Shown: piece by piece, positions 19,129 to 30,951 of the stretch
How the letters are laid out: each line of letters begins with the position of its first letter
Numbering within the stretch: position 1 is the first letter of the stretch
Source of the DNA: Alphaproteobacteria bacterium
GTDB lineage: Bacteria > Pseudomonadota > Alphaproteobacteria > Reyranellales > Reyranellaceae
NCBI GenBank assembly: GCA_947474005.1
Contig: CANJHI010000007.1
Coordinates: 4,070 to 68,069, forward strand
DNA length: 64,000 nt
Direction: 5' to 3'
Notes under the pieces: model-generated
The model's database searches: none
What the model was told of the DNA's origin: nothing
Seen by the model: only the letters and a program-made list of their open reading frames with translations
Position numbers and translations under genes: made by a program

Positions 19129-19803
19129 TCAGGTCTCCTCGTCGTAGCGTTGTTCCAGCCATGGATCGCCGTAGTTGTGATAACCACGCACTTCCCAGAA
19201 GCCGGGCTTGTCGATGGGTGAAAACTCGACGCGCTTGATCCACTTGGCGCTCTTCCAGAAATAGAGCTTCGGAATCACCACGCGCAACGGCCCGCCGTGC
19301 TCGCGGCCGATCGGCTCGCCGTTCCAGCTCCACGCCAGCAATACGTCCTCGGCCGCAAAGTCCTCGAGCGGCACGTTGGTCGTGTAGGTGTCGTAGGAAT
19401 GGAAGATGACGTACTTGGCGTCCGCCTTGGGCTTCACCAGCGCCAGCAGGTCGCGCGCACTCACGCCTTCCCATCTGTTGTCGTAGCGCGACCAGGCGGT
19501 CACACAGTGGATGTCGGTGGTGAGCTGGGTCTTGGGCAGATCGGTGAACTCGCCCCACTTCCAGGTCGTCGGCGCCTCGACCGCGCCGTCGACGAACAGG
19601 CGCCAGGCATGAGTTGGAATCTCGGGCTGGACACCGAGATCCAGCACCGGCCAGGTCTCGACCCGCCGCTGTCCGGGCGGCAACCGCACGGAGTGCGCCG
19701 CCGTCTTACCGGTCAGCAACCGCCCCTCCTCGGCCCACTTCTGCTTGCTGTCGATCAGCTTGTTTTTCACCTTGCCGAACAAGGTGACGTCGTCTTCGGC
19801 CAT
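19129..19803 (-). CDS. Sulfite-oxidase-like molybdopterin oxidoreductase (YuiH-like, no signal peptide)
   Basis: LPPGQ, DIHCVTAWS (Moco Cys), HGGPLR, LYFWKSAKW, GFWEVRGYH. Confidence 0.88.
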   Translation of the reverse strand: MAEDDVTLFGKVKNKLIDSKQKWAEEGRLLTGKTAAHSVRLPPGQRRVETWPVLDLGVQPEIPTHAWRLFVDGAVEAPTTWKWGEFTDLPKTQLTTDIHCVTAWSRYDNRWEGVSARDLLALVKPKADAKYVIFHSYDTYTTNVPLEDFAAEDVLLAWSWNGEPIGREHGGPLRVVIPKLYFWKSAKWIKRVEFSPIDKPGFWEVRGYHNYGDPWLEQRYDEET

Positions 19804-19811
19804 GCGACCTC

Positions 19812-21347
19812 TCAGATGCTGCGCCCCGTCTTTTCCCAATATGGGGCCCTCAGCTTGCGTTTGAAGATTTTCCCCGAATCTTCACGTGGAAGTGCGGGGC
19901 TGAACTCGACCACTCTCGGAACCTTGTAGCGCGCCAGATGCTGCGCGAGGTAGGCCCTGACCTCGCCCGCATCCAGCGCGGCTGCGGCCACCGGCTCGAC
20001 ATAGGCACAGATCTGCTCGCCGAATTCCTCGTCGGGAATGCCGAATACCGCACAGTCGCGCACTCCCGGCATCTGGATCAGCGCCGATTCGATCTCGGCT
20101 GGGTAGATGTTCACGCCGCCCGAAATGATCATGTCGCGCTTGCGATCGCACAGGAAGATGAAGCCGTCGGCATCGAGGTAGCCGATATCCCCCACGGTCA
20201 CGAGATCGCCCAGCGCCACCTCGCGACGCTTGGCATCGTCGTTGTTGTAGGTGAAGTCCGACAGGTTCGGTCCGCGCAGGTAGATCTCGCCGACCTCGCC
20301 CTGCGCCACATCGTGTCCTTCGGCATCGACAATCCGAAGGATGGCGCCGGGCACCAGACGGCCGACCGTGCCGGGCTTGCGCAACGCTTCCTCGGAGCCG
20401 TGCCAGACCACGACGCCCGTTTCAGTCGCGCCGTAGTACTCGTAAATCACCGGGCCCCACCATTCGATCATCTGCCGCTTCACGGCCGGGGCACAGGGCG
20501 CCGCGCCATGGGTGACGAAACGCAGCGACGACGTGTCGTAGCGCTGGCGCACCGGATCAGGCAACCGCAGCAGGCGCACGAACATCGTCGGCACGATATG
20601 CATGTGGCTGACGCCATGCCTGTCGATCAGGCGCAGCATGTCCTCGGCCTCGAAACGCGACTGCAGGACCACGTGGAGGCCCAGCCGGGCGCTCGCCATG
20701 CCGTAGGCAGCCGGCGCGGAATGGTACATCGGGCCGTTCATCAGCACGACGATCGCGGGGTCAGATTTGAGACCCCAGAACGTCGCCGCCTCTCCCGCAG
20801 CCTTTGCCTGCTGCTCCGGCGTGCTCGGCTTGCGGCGCACGCCCTTCGGCCGTCCGGTGGTGCCGGACGTGTAGATCATGCTGCCGCGCGCAAGCTTGGG
20901 CGGCGCCGTGCATGGTGCCGATGCGGCGATGAAATCCTCCCACAAGACGGTGCCCGACAGCGCCACGCGGCGGTCCGCAGGAACATTGTAGGCTGCCGCA
21001 ATCTCCTCGGGCGTCGGGACCACCAGCACCCTCACGCCTTCAGGAACACCCGATGCGATTTGCGCCAGGAGATCGCTATGCGCCACCAGCACCTTGGCGG
21101 CGCTGTCACGGATGATGTAGCCGGCCTCCTCCGGCGTGAAGTGCCAGTTGATCGGCACGGCGTAGGCGCCGAGTTGGCCCGCCGCCATATTGACCTCGAA
21201 AGTGGCGAAGTCGTTACGCAGCATCAGCGCCACACTGTCGTCCTCGCCAACGCCGAGTGCGGCCAGACCACCAGCTGCCCGCGCTGCATTGGCCTGGATA
21301 TCGGCCCAGCTTCGGAAGCGCTCGCCTGCCGTGACGCCCGCTGTCAT
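19812..21347 (-). CDS. Acyl-CoA synthetase (AMP-binding)
   Basis: IYTSGTTGRPKG, YYGATETG, GDIGYLD, SGGVNIYPAEIE, SGKIFKR; ATGA overlap with tetR. Confidence 0.92.
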   Translation of the reverse strand: MTAGVTAGERFRSWADIQANAARAAGGLAALGVGEDDSVALMLRNDFATFEVNMAAGQLGAYAVPINWHFTPEEAGYIIRDSAAKVLVAHSDLLAQIASGVPEGVRVLVVPTPEEIAAAYNVPADRRVALSGTVLWEDFIAASAPCTAPPKLARGSMIYTSGTTGRPKGVRRKPSTPEQQAKAAGEAATFWGLKSDPAIVVLMNGPMYHSAPAAYGMASARLGLHVVLQSRFEAEDMLRLIDRHGVSHMHIVPTMFVRLLRLPDPVRQRYDTSSLRFVTHGAAPCAPAVKRQMIEWWGPVIYEYYGATETGVVVWHGSEEALRKPGTVGRLVPGAILRIVDAEGHDVAQGEVGEIYLRGPNLSDFTYNNDDAKRREVALGDLVTVGDIGYLDADGFIFLCDRKRDMIISGGVNIYPAEIESALIQMPGVRDCAVFGIPDEEFGEQICAYVEPVAAAALDAGEVRAYLAQHLARYKVPRVVEFSPALPREDSGKIFKRKLRAPYWEKTGRSI

Positions 21348-21988
21348 CGTTTCTTCCTCGTCTTCGTCTTCGGAGCCGATGCCTTTGAAGGCGGTGCTGC
21401 CGCCCCCTTGAACATCAGGGCGCCATGGAAATGGTTCAGGGCCGCGTAATCTGGACCGTCCTGCAGCATGCCGGCCTGATGCAGCATCACCAAGCCATGG
21501 ACCGCCGCCCACATCGACCAGCCGAACAGCTGCGGATCGACGGCGATCAATCCCGCTGTCACCATCTCCTCGGATTGGCGGGTGATGAACTGGCGGGCCC
21601 GCTTGGCCTCGCGTGCCAGGTCGGGATGACTGTCGTCGATCGACTGGTCGATCTCGAACATGATGCGATAGGCATGCGCGTTGGCGAGCGCGAATTTCAG
21701 GTACGCCTCGCCGACGCGCCGGCCGCGCTCGAGCGGGTCGGTCGCGGAGGCAGCAGCTTGCTCGAGGGCATCGGAGAACCTGGCGAAGGCCTCGGCGCGC
21801 ACGGTGGCTAGAATGTCGGCCTTGTCCTTGAAATACCGGTACGGCGTCTTGGGGCTGCAGCCCAAGGCCTCGGCAAGCTGGCGCATGGTGACGCCTTCAT
21901 AACCGAAGCGGGCGAATCGCTCGGTTGCCACCCGGCACAATTCGGCGCGGAAGTCGGCGATGTCCTGTTCGGTTAGATAACGCGGCAT
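21344..21988 (-). CDS. TetR/AcrR family regulator with WHG-type C-terminal domain
   Basis: N-terminal HTH TMRQLAEALGCSPKTPYRYF; WAAVHGLV. Confidence 0.92.
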   Translation of the reverse strand: MPRYLTEQDIADFRAELCRVATERFARFGYEGVTMRQLAEALGCSPKTPYRYFKDKADILATVRAEAFARFSDALEQAAASATDPLERGRRVGEAYLKFALANAHAYRIMFEIDQSIDDSHPDLAREAKRARQFITRQSEEMVTAGLIAVDPQLFGWSMWAAVHGLVMLHQAGMLQDGPDYAALNHFHGALMFKGAAAPPSKASAPKTKTRKKR

Positions 21989-21995
21989 GTCGGTC

Positions 21996-22020
21996 TTTTC
22001 ATACACGCTGTGTACGAAAA
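21996..22020. promoter_or_regulatory. Palindromic operator, probably bound by the TetR
   Basis: TTTTCATACAC-gct-GTGTACGAAAA; 10 of 11 positions symmetric; 8 bp upstream of the tetR ATG. Confidence 0.7.
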
Positions 22021-22037
22021 GACATCGATCTGGTCAA
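22009..22037 (-). promoter_or_regulatory. Sigma70 promoter of the tetR operon
   Basis: TTGACC-N17-TACACA; the -10 lies inside the palindrome. Confidence 0.6.
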
Positions 22038-22047
22038 TGCCGGTCTA

Positions 22048-23220
22048 TCAGGCCGATTCGGCGAACAGCTCACGCCCGATCAACATGCGCCGGATCTCGC
22101 TGGTGCCGGCGCCGATTTCGTAGAGCTTGGCGTCGCGCAGCAGGCGGCCCGTCGGGTAGTCGTTGATGTAGCCGTTGCCGCCTAGGAGCTGGATGGCGTC
22201 GAGCGCCACCATGGTGGCCTTCTCGGCGGCGTAAAGGATGGCCCCAGCCGAGTCCTTGCGCGTCGTCTGGCCACGATCGCAGGCCTTGGCGACGGCATAG
22301 ACGTACGACTTGCAGGCGTTCATCGTCGTGTACATGTCGGCGAGCTTGCCCTGGACCAGCTGGAAAGTGCCGATCGGCTGACCGAACTGCTCGCGCTGGT
22401 GCACATAGGGCACGACGATATCCATGGCCGACTGCATGATGCCGAGGGGGCCCGCCGCCAGCACGGCGCGCTCGTAGTCGAGACCGCTCATGAGGACGTT
22501 CACGCCCTTGCCCACCGGGCCCAGCACGTTCTCCTCGGGAATTTCGCAATCCTCGAACACCAGCTCGCCGGTCGACGATCCGCGCATACCCATCTTGTCG
22601 AGCTTCTGCGCCACCTTGAAACCCTTGCGGTCGGTCTCGACGATGAACGTCGTGATGCCGCGCGAGCCGGCGGCCAGGTCCGTCTTGGCGTAGACCACGA
22701 CCACCTGCGCGTCGGGACTGTTGGTGATCCACATCTTCGTGCCGTTCAGCACATAGCGGTCGCCCTTCTTGTCGGCCCGCAGCTTCATGGAAACGACGTC
22801 GGAGCCCGCACTGGACTCGCTCATCGCCAGGCTGCCGACATGCTCGCCGGAGATCAGCTTCGGCAGGAAGCGGCGCTTCTGCTCGTCATTGCCGTTGCGG
22901 CTGATTTGATTGACGCAGAGGTTGGAATGCGCGCCGTAGCTCAAGCCGACAGCGGCCGACGCGCGGCTGAGTTCCTCGACCGCCACGACGTGCTCAAGAT
23001 AGCCCAGGCCCGAGCCACCATATTCCTCCGCGACCGTGATGCCGTGCAGGCCAAGATCGCCCATCTTGGGCCACAGCTCGCGCGGGAAGCGGTCGGTCTT
23101 GTCGAGCTCGGCGGCAATCGGCGCCACTTCGGCAGAGGCAAAGCGCTGAACCTGGTCGCGCAGTGCGTCGGCGGTCTCGCCCAGACCGAAGTCGAAGGCT
23201 GGCATGGCATTCGGGATCAT
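22048..23220 (-). CDS. ivd: Isovaleryl-CoA dehydrogenase
   Basis: [48 protein letters not shown]. Confidence 0.93.
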   Translation of the reverse strand: MIPNAMPAFDFGLGETADALRDQVQRFASAEVAPIAAELDKTDRFPRELWPKMGDLGLHGITVAEEYGGSGLGYLEHVVAVEELSRASAAVGLSYGAHSNLCVNQISRNGNDEQKRRFLPKLISGEHVGSLAMSESSAGSDVVSMKLRADKKGDRYVLNGTKMWITNSPDAQVVVVYAKTDLAAGSRGITTFIVETDRKGFKVAQKLDKMGMRGSSTGELVFEDCEIPEENVLGPVGKGVNVLMSGLDYERAVLAAGPLGIMQSAMDIVVPYVHQREQFGQPIGTFQLVQGKLADMYTTMNACKSYVYAVAKACDRGQTTRKDSAGAILYAAEKATMVALDAIQLLGGNGYINDYPTGRLLRDAKLYEIGAGTSEIRRMLIGRELFAESA

Positions 23221-23252
23221 GATCGTGATTTACCTGTTGCGGTTTGGGTCAA

Positions 23253-23696
23253 TCAGGGCGCGCGCTTTGTCTCGACGTTGATGCGGACCAACTTCCATTC
23301 GGCGTCCGACGGAATGAAGTCCAGTTCGAAAACCACGCGCGCCGGCTCGGTCGGAAACGATCCCTTCACGATCAGCTTGCCGTTGCCGTCGATTACCGGC
23401 GCCGGGTCGTAGGTGGGCTTCATTGCCGCGATGATGTCGATATCGATATCCTTTTCGGCGAACTCCCTGAAGGTCTCCTTAAGTTTTTCCGGCGAAAATT
23501 GCTGGCGAAACGGCTTGGAGAGCTTGGCGTGGAAGACCGTATAGTTGCCCGTCACGTTGGCATCGTTGAACGACAGCAGAGATGTTTTCACCAAGGCCTC
23601 GAGGCCGCGCTCCGTCGGCAGCTTGTTCTGCGCCTGTGCCGCCGGTGCGGCAAGCAACAGAACGACCACGGCGACAAGGCGGGCGATCACTTGCAT
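23253..23696 (-). CDS. Exported hypothetical protein
   Basis: Signal peptide ending AQA; coding-like codon bias; no motif I can name. Confidence 0.75.
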   Translation of the reverse strand: MQVIARLVAVVVLLLAAPAAQAQNKLPTERGLEALVKTSLLSFNDANVTGNYTVFHAKLSKPFRQQFSPEKLKETFREFAEKDIDIDIIAAMKPTYDPAPVIDGNGKLIVKGSFPTEPARVVFELDFIPSDAEWKLVRINVETKRAP

Positions 23697-23765
23697 GGGC
23701 TCTTCTCCCGGCGGGTACGATACAGCGCCGGACCGCCGATGCGAAGCCGTCTCGACCCGCGCCCG

Positions 23766-25123
23766 CTAAAGGAGGAACAAGGTCGCCAGACCAAGGAAGG
23801 CGAGGAAACCGATCACGTCGGTCACGGTCGTCAGGAACACGGTCGATGAGACTGCCGGATCGATGCCGAATTTCTGCAGGCCCAAAGGGATCAGCGTCCC
23901 CGCCAGCGCCGCGGCCACGAGATTGCAGATCATGGCAGCGGCGATCACAGCGCCCAGACGCCAGTCGCCATACCAGGCGACGACCGCTGCCCCCATGATC
24001 AACGCGAAGATCATGCCGTTGAGCCCGCCCACCGCGGCCTCCTTGGCAACGAAGCGCAACGCATTGGCCGCCGTCAGCTCGCCCATGGCCAGGGCACGCA
24101 CCGCCACCGTCACCGTCTGAGTGCCGGCGTTGCCGCCCATCGATGCCACGATCGGCATCAGCACGGCGAGCGCCACGATCTTCTCTATGGCGCCCTCGAA
24201 TTGGCCGATCACGAAGGACGCAAGCACCGCCGTCGCCAAATTCAACGTGAGCCAGACCGCGCGCAGCCGCGCAGTCCGGACGGTATCGGCGTGCATGTCG
24301 TCGATGCCGACGCCGCCCATCTTCAGGAGGTCTTCCTCGGCCTCCTCGTCGATCACGTCGACCACGTCGTCGACCATGATCACGCCCAGCAGCCGTCCGT
24401 CATTGTCGACGACTGGACACGAGACGAGGTTCTTGTCGCGGAACACGTGCGCGACTTCGGCCTGGTCGGAGGTCGCCGGCACCGAGGGGATATCGGGATC
24501 GACGATGTCGAGGACTGGGACTGGCCGCTTGGTGCGCAGCATCTTGCCGAGCGGCACGGCGCCGCGCAGTCGCCCGGCCGGATCGATGACGAAGATATCG
24601 TAGACGTCATCCGGCAGGTCGGTGGCTTCGCGGCAATGATCGATGACTTCGCCCACGGTCCAGTTGTCCGGCACCTTGACCAGCGAGCGCTGCATGAGGC
24701 GCCCCGCCGTGTCGTCGGGATAGGCCAGCGCGCTTTCGATGTCGGCGCGTTCATCGGCCGGCAGCTCGGCCAGCACCTCGCGGCGTTCGGTCTCGGTCAG
24801 ATCCTCGAGAAGGGTCGCCGCATCGTCGGTTTCAAGCTCGTGTGCAGCGGCGGCAATGTCCTTGCTGTCGAGCTGGTCGAGGACATCCTCGAGAACATCC
24901 TCGTCCAGTTCGGTCAGGGCCTCGGGGTCGAGATCGCGCTTGAGGATGCCGACGAGCTTGTCGCGCTGGACCTCCGAGACCTGCTCGAGCACCGACGCCT
25001 GGCCGGTGGCGCTGAGGCTGGCCAGGAGCGTCCGGACGTCGTGATTGCGATCCTCGGCAAGGGCGGCCTCGACGCGCCGGATCAGTTCCGGCGGAACCTC
25101 GTCGAGGACTTCCGCCTCAGAGC

Positions 25124-25127
<4 letters not shown>
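23766..25127 (-). CDS. mgtE: Magnesium transporter MgtE
   Basis: Acidic N-domain, CBS pair, MGGNAGTQT, PAVSSTVFLTTVTDVIGF. Confidence 0.96.
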
Positions 25128-27406
<2,279 letters not shown>

Positions 27407-27424
27407 GCTCGTCTCCCGCCTACT

Positions 27425-27449
27425 AAAAAAGGGGCCGCCCGAAGGCGGC
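27425..27449 (-). terminator. Intrinsic terminator downstream of tRNA-Leu
   Basis: GCCGCC-UUCG-GGCGGC stem followed by CCC-U6 on the minus strand. Confidence 0.8.
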
Positions 27450-27485
27450 GACTCTGTTTCTACCCTTTCGATCGATCCGGCGAGT

Positions 27486-27570
27486 TGGTGCGGCCAAGAA
27501 GACTCGAACTTCCACGCCTCGCGGCACTAGCACCTCAAGCTAGCGCGTCTACCAATTCCGCCATGGCCGC
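27486..27570 (-). tRNA. tRNA-Leu(GAG)
   Basis: 85 nt GCGGCCATGGCGGAATTGGTAGACGCG...CTAGC-TTGAGGT-GCTAG...GTTCGAGTC...GGCCGCACCA; long variable arm; encoded CCA. Confidence 0.97.
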
Positions 27571-27669
27571 GCCGGTTCGATGGGCGCGGGGATACCAAAT
27601 CGACCCCCCAGTGGCAAGGCGCGACGCTCAGCTATTGCGCGAAAGGCCGGAAGCACCGATTTTGCCACG

Positions 27670-28350
27670 ATGAACAAGCCGGAATGGCTCATTTCCGACG
27701 GTCTCGTGCCCTATGCGGAGGCTCTGGCGACCATGGAGGCCCGCGTCGCCGACATTCGGACCGGGCGCGCGCCCGAATTCGTGTGGTTACTCGAGCACCC
27801 GCCGCTCTACACAGCGGGCACCAGTGCCGCCTCCAAGGACCTGCTGCAGCCCGCGCGTTTCCCCGTGCACGTGGCCGGCCGTGGCGGGCAATACACCTAT
27901 CACGGCCCCGGCCAGCGCGTGGCCTACGTCATGCTCGACCTGCGCGCACGGCGCCAGGATGTCCGCCGCTATGTGTGGGAACTCGAGGAATGGACCATCC
28001 GCGCGCTAGCCCGCTTCAACGTGACCGCCGAGCGCCGGGCCGGCCGCGTCGGTGTCTGGGTCGTCCGGCCCGACAAGCAACCCCTGCCCGACGGCACGCC
28101 GCGCGAGGACAAGATCGCGGCCATCGGCGTCCGTATCCGCCACTGGGTGTCGTTCCATGGCCTCTCGATCAACGTCGAGCCCGACCTCGGCCACTACGAG
28201 GGCATTGTGCCTTGCGGCATCGCCGAGCATGGCGTGACGTCGCTGGTCGACCTCGGGTTGCCGGCAACACTCGCCGATCTGGACATGGCGTTGGCCGAAA
28301 CTTTCAGCGAGGTGTTCGGCGGCGCCGTCACACCGTCGGCAGCCGCATAA
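27670..28350 (+). CDS. lipB: Lipoyl(octanoyl) transferase
   Basis: [45 protein letters not shown]. Confidence 0.96.
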   Translation: MNKPEWLISDGLVPYAEALATMEARVADIRTGRAPEFVWLLEHPPLYTAGTSAASKDLLQPARFPVHVAGRGGQYTYHGPGQRVAYVMLDLRARRQDVRRYVWELEEWTIRALARFNVTAERRAGRVGVWVVRPDKQPLPDGTPREDKIAAIGVRIRHWVSFHGLSINVEPDLGHYEGIVPCGIAEHGVTSLVDLGLPATLADLDMALAETFSEVFGGAVTPSAAA

Positions 28351-28609
28351 AGCCCATCGGCAGGACGTCGAGATCAGTGGGCTCTATGTCGACGGCATCG
28401 ACCCGCGCCAGTGCCGGGCCGTGCCGACAGGCCTCGATCATCGTGCCGATCACGGTGTCATCGCCCACCACCAATGCCTCAACCGCGCCGTCGCCCCGAT
28501 TGCGCACCCAACCGGTCAACCCGAGCCGCCGCCCGGTGGCGATCGCCCAGTCGCGATAGCCCACGCCCTGAACCCTGCCGGTGATCGTAAGGCGTGCCTG
28601 CAGGGGCAT
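28328..28609 (-). CDS. acyP: Acylphosphatase
   Basis: [21 protein letters not shown]; 93 aa; 23-bp tail-to-tail overlap with lipB. Confidence 0.93.
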   Translation of the reverse strand: MPLQARLTITGRVQGVGYRDWAIATGRRLGLTGWVRNRGDGAVEALVVGDDTVIGTMIEACRHGPALARVDAVDIEPTDLDVLPMGFMRLPTV

Positions 28610-28623
28610 ACGTTCCGTCCGGA

Positions 28624-30720
28624 TCAGGCGAACTCGATGATCTTCTGGTCGACGCGCAGGCTGTCGCCTGCCTTGGCGTGCAGCGTCTTGACCGTGCCGT
28701 CGCGCGCCGCGCGCAGCACGTTTTCCATCTTCATCGCCTCGACGACAGCCAGCGCCTCGCCGGCCTTGATCTCCTGGCCTTCGCTCACGGCGACCGAGGC
28801 CAGCAGGCCCGGCATCGGCGACAGCAGGAACTTGGAAGTGTCGGGTGCCGCCTTGACCGGCATCAGGGCGTAGAGCTCGGCCTGGCGCGGTGTCAGCACC
28901 AGCACGTCGGCCTGCCCGCCTTCGAGGATGAGGCGCCATCCCGACCCGATGGCGTCGATCTGTACGACAGTCACCTGTTCGTCGACCTTCGCATGGAACA
29001 GGGGTTCGCCCGGCGACCAGTTGGTCTCGATCCCGATGCGACGCCCGGAGACCTCGACCGCGAAGTCCGATCCGCTGCCGCTGACTGAGAGCGCAACCGG
29101 CTGCCGGTTCAGCATGACGACGCAGTTGTCCTGCACGAGCGCGGCATGGCCGGGCATCTTGCCCGATCCCGCTGCCGCGCGTTGAGCCTGGATGCGATCG
29201 ACCACGGCCGCGACGCCTGCCAGCACGGCGGGATCACGCGGCGGCAGATGCGCCGCCGTAAATCCGCCCTTGAACTCCTCGGCGATGAAATTGGTCGTAA
29301 GGTTGCCGGCGCGGAAGCGTGGATGCGCCATCAGGGCCGCCAGGAACGGCACGTTGTGCGAGACGCCGCGGACATAAAACTCGTCCAGCGCACGCCGCAT
29401 GCGATCGATGGCGGCGTTGCGCGTCTTTCCGTGTGTGCAAAGCTTGGCAATCATCGGATCGTAGAACATCGAAATCTCGCCGCCCTCGTAGACGCCGGTA
29501 TCGACGCGCACGTCGGGGCCAGGTTGGGGCTCGCGGTATTTCACCAGCCGCCCGGTCGACGGCAGGAAGTTGCGGAACGGATCCTCGGCGTAGACCCGCG
29601 CCTCGACCGCCCAGCCTTCGAGCTTCACGTCCTTCTGGGTAATCGGCAGCTTCTCCTTCGCCGCCACACGGATCATCAGCTCGACGAGATCGAGGCCGGT
29701 GATCAGCTCGGTCACCGGATGCTCGACCTGCAGCCGGGTGTTCATCTCGAGGAAGTAGAACTTGCGGTTCTTGTCGACGATGAACTCGACCGTGCCGGCG
29801 CTCTTGTATTTCACGGCTTTCGCCAGAGCGACCGCCTGCTCGCCCATCGCCTTGCGTGTCTTGGCGTCGAGGAAAGGGCTCGGCGCCTCCTCGATCACCT
29901 TCTGGTGGCGGCGCTGGATCGAGCACTCGCGCTCCCAGAGGTAGAGGCAATTTCCGTAACCGTCGCCGATGAGCTGGATCTCGATGTGGCGCGGCTCCTC
30001 GATATATTTCTCGATGAAGACGCGGTCGTCGGCGAACGACGCCTTGGCTTCGTTGGTGGCCGATCCGAAGCCTTCATGGGCCTCGGTATCGTTGTAGGCG
30101 ATCCGCATGCCCTTGCCGCCGCCGCCGGCCGACGCCTTGATCATCACCGGATAGCCGATCTTCTGGGCGATCTTCACCGCCTGGTCGGCGTTGGGAATGG
30201 CAGCGAGATAGCCCGGAACCGTGCTGACGCCGGCCTTCTGGGCGAGCTTCTTGGATTCGATCTTGTCGCCCATGGCGTGGATCGCCAGCGCATCGGGGCC
30301 GATGAAGACGATACCGGCCTTGGCCAGTGCCTTCTGGAACTCCTGCTTCTCGGAGAGGAAGCCATAACCGGGATGGACCGCCTGGGCGCCGGTCTTCTTG
30401 CAGGCCGCCACGATCTTGTCGATCTGCAGATAGGACTGGGCCGACGGCGCCGGCCCAATCAGAACCTTCTCGTCGGCCTGCCGCACATGCAGCGCATCTG
30501 CGTCAGCCTCGGAATAGACCGCGACTGTCTTGATGCCGAGGCGCTTGCAGGTACGAATGACCCTGCAGGCAATCTCGCCGCGATTGGCGATCAGGATCTT
30601 GTCGAACAGGGGCTTGTCGACCGGGGGCTTAGCAACGTTCACGACGTCTGCAGGCTTCGTCCTGGCCTTCGCGGCGGCCTTCTTCGGCGCGGCTTTGGCG
30701 ACCCTCTTCCTGGCGGCCAT
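28624..30720 (-). CDS. pccA: Propionyl-CoA carboxylase alpha (biotin carboxylase + BCCP)
   Basis: KILIANRGEIA, HPGYGFLSE, RECSIQRRHQK, EMNTRLQVEHP, EAMKM biotin Lys; next to pccB. Confidence 0.92.
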   Translation of the reverse strand: MAARKRVAKAAPKKAAAKARTKPADVVNVAKPPVDKPLFDKILIANRGEIACRVIRTCKRLGIKTVAVYSEADADALHVRQADEKVLIGPAPSAQSYLQIDKIVAACKKTGAQAVHPGYGFLSEKQEFQKALAKAGIVFIGPDALAIHAMGDKIESKKLAQKAGVSTVPGYLAAIPNADQAVKIAQKIGYPVMIKASAGGGGKGMRIAYNDTEAHEGFGSATNEAKASFADDRVFIEKYIEEPRHIEIQLIGDGYGNCLYLWERECSIQRRHQKVIEEAPSPFLDAKTRKAMGEQAVALAKAVKYKSAGTVEFIVDKNRKFYFLEMNTRLQVEHPVTELITGLDLVELMIRVAAKEKLPITQKDVKLEGWAVEARVYAEDPFRNFLPSTGRLVKYREPQPGPDVRVDTGVYEGGEISMFYDPMIAKLCTHGKTRNAAIDRMRRALDEFYVRGVSHNVPFLAALMAHPRFRAGNLTTNFIAEEFKGGFTAAHLPPRDPAVLAGVAAVVDRIQAQRAAAGSGKMPGHAALVQDNCVVMLNRQPVALSVSGSGSDFAVEVSGRRIGIETNWSPGEPLFHAKVDEQVTVVQIDAIGSGWRLILEGGQADVLVLTPRQAELYALMPVKAAPDTSKFLLSPMPGLLASVAVSEGQEIKAGEALAVVEAMKMENVLRAARDGTVKTLHAKAGDSLRVDQKIIEFA

Positions 30721-30722
30721 AC

Positions 30723-30941
30723 TCACAATCCTTCTCTATTGCGGTCGAACAGGCCCTTGGCCCAGGCGGTGTGCGCGGCGATCAGCGGCATCCAGGCGAT
30801 CAACGCCCATAGCCACCACGGGTATTGCCGGCTGACGATGAAGTTCAACGGAATGAGCACGAGCAACACGAGCAATGCCACAAGCACGTGCTTGCGCACG
30901 ACCTGGCGGCGCCTGACGCGTTCCTCCGGCGACAAGCTCAC
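30723..30941 (-). CDS. Small two-TM membrane protein
   Basis: GTG start after a GAGGGG RBS; two hydrophobic segments with PWWLW; fills the pccB-pccA gap. Confidence 0.72.
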   Translation of the reverse strand: MSLSPEERVRRRQVVRKHVLVALLVLLVLIPLNFIVSRQYPWWLWALIAWMPLIAAHTAWAKGLFDRNREGL

Positions 30942-30951
30942 AGCCGCCCCC

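Noticed and set aside
18651-19187. Selenocysteine glutathione peroxidase, or the longer 178-aa start
   Set aside because: The active-site codon is TGC (Cys); the extension overlaps the upstream gene, and ATG 19127 follows its stop directly
19881-19892. parS-like TTCACGTGGAAG
   Set aside because: Poor match to GTTTCACGTGAAAC and located inside a coding sequence
27421-27670. Genomic island integrated at tRNA-Leu
   Set aside because: No duplicated tRNA 3' end and no integrase; housekeeping genes flank both sides
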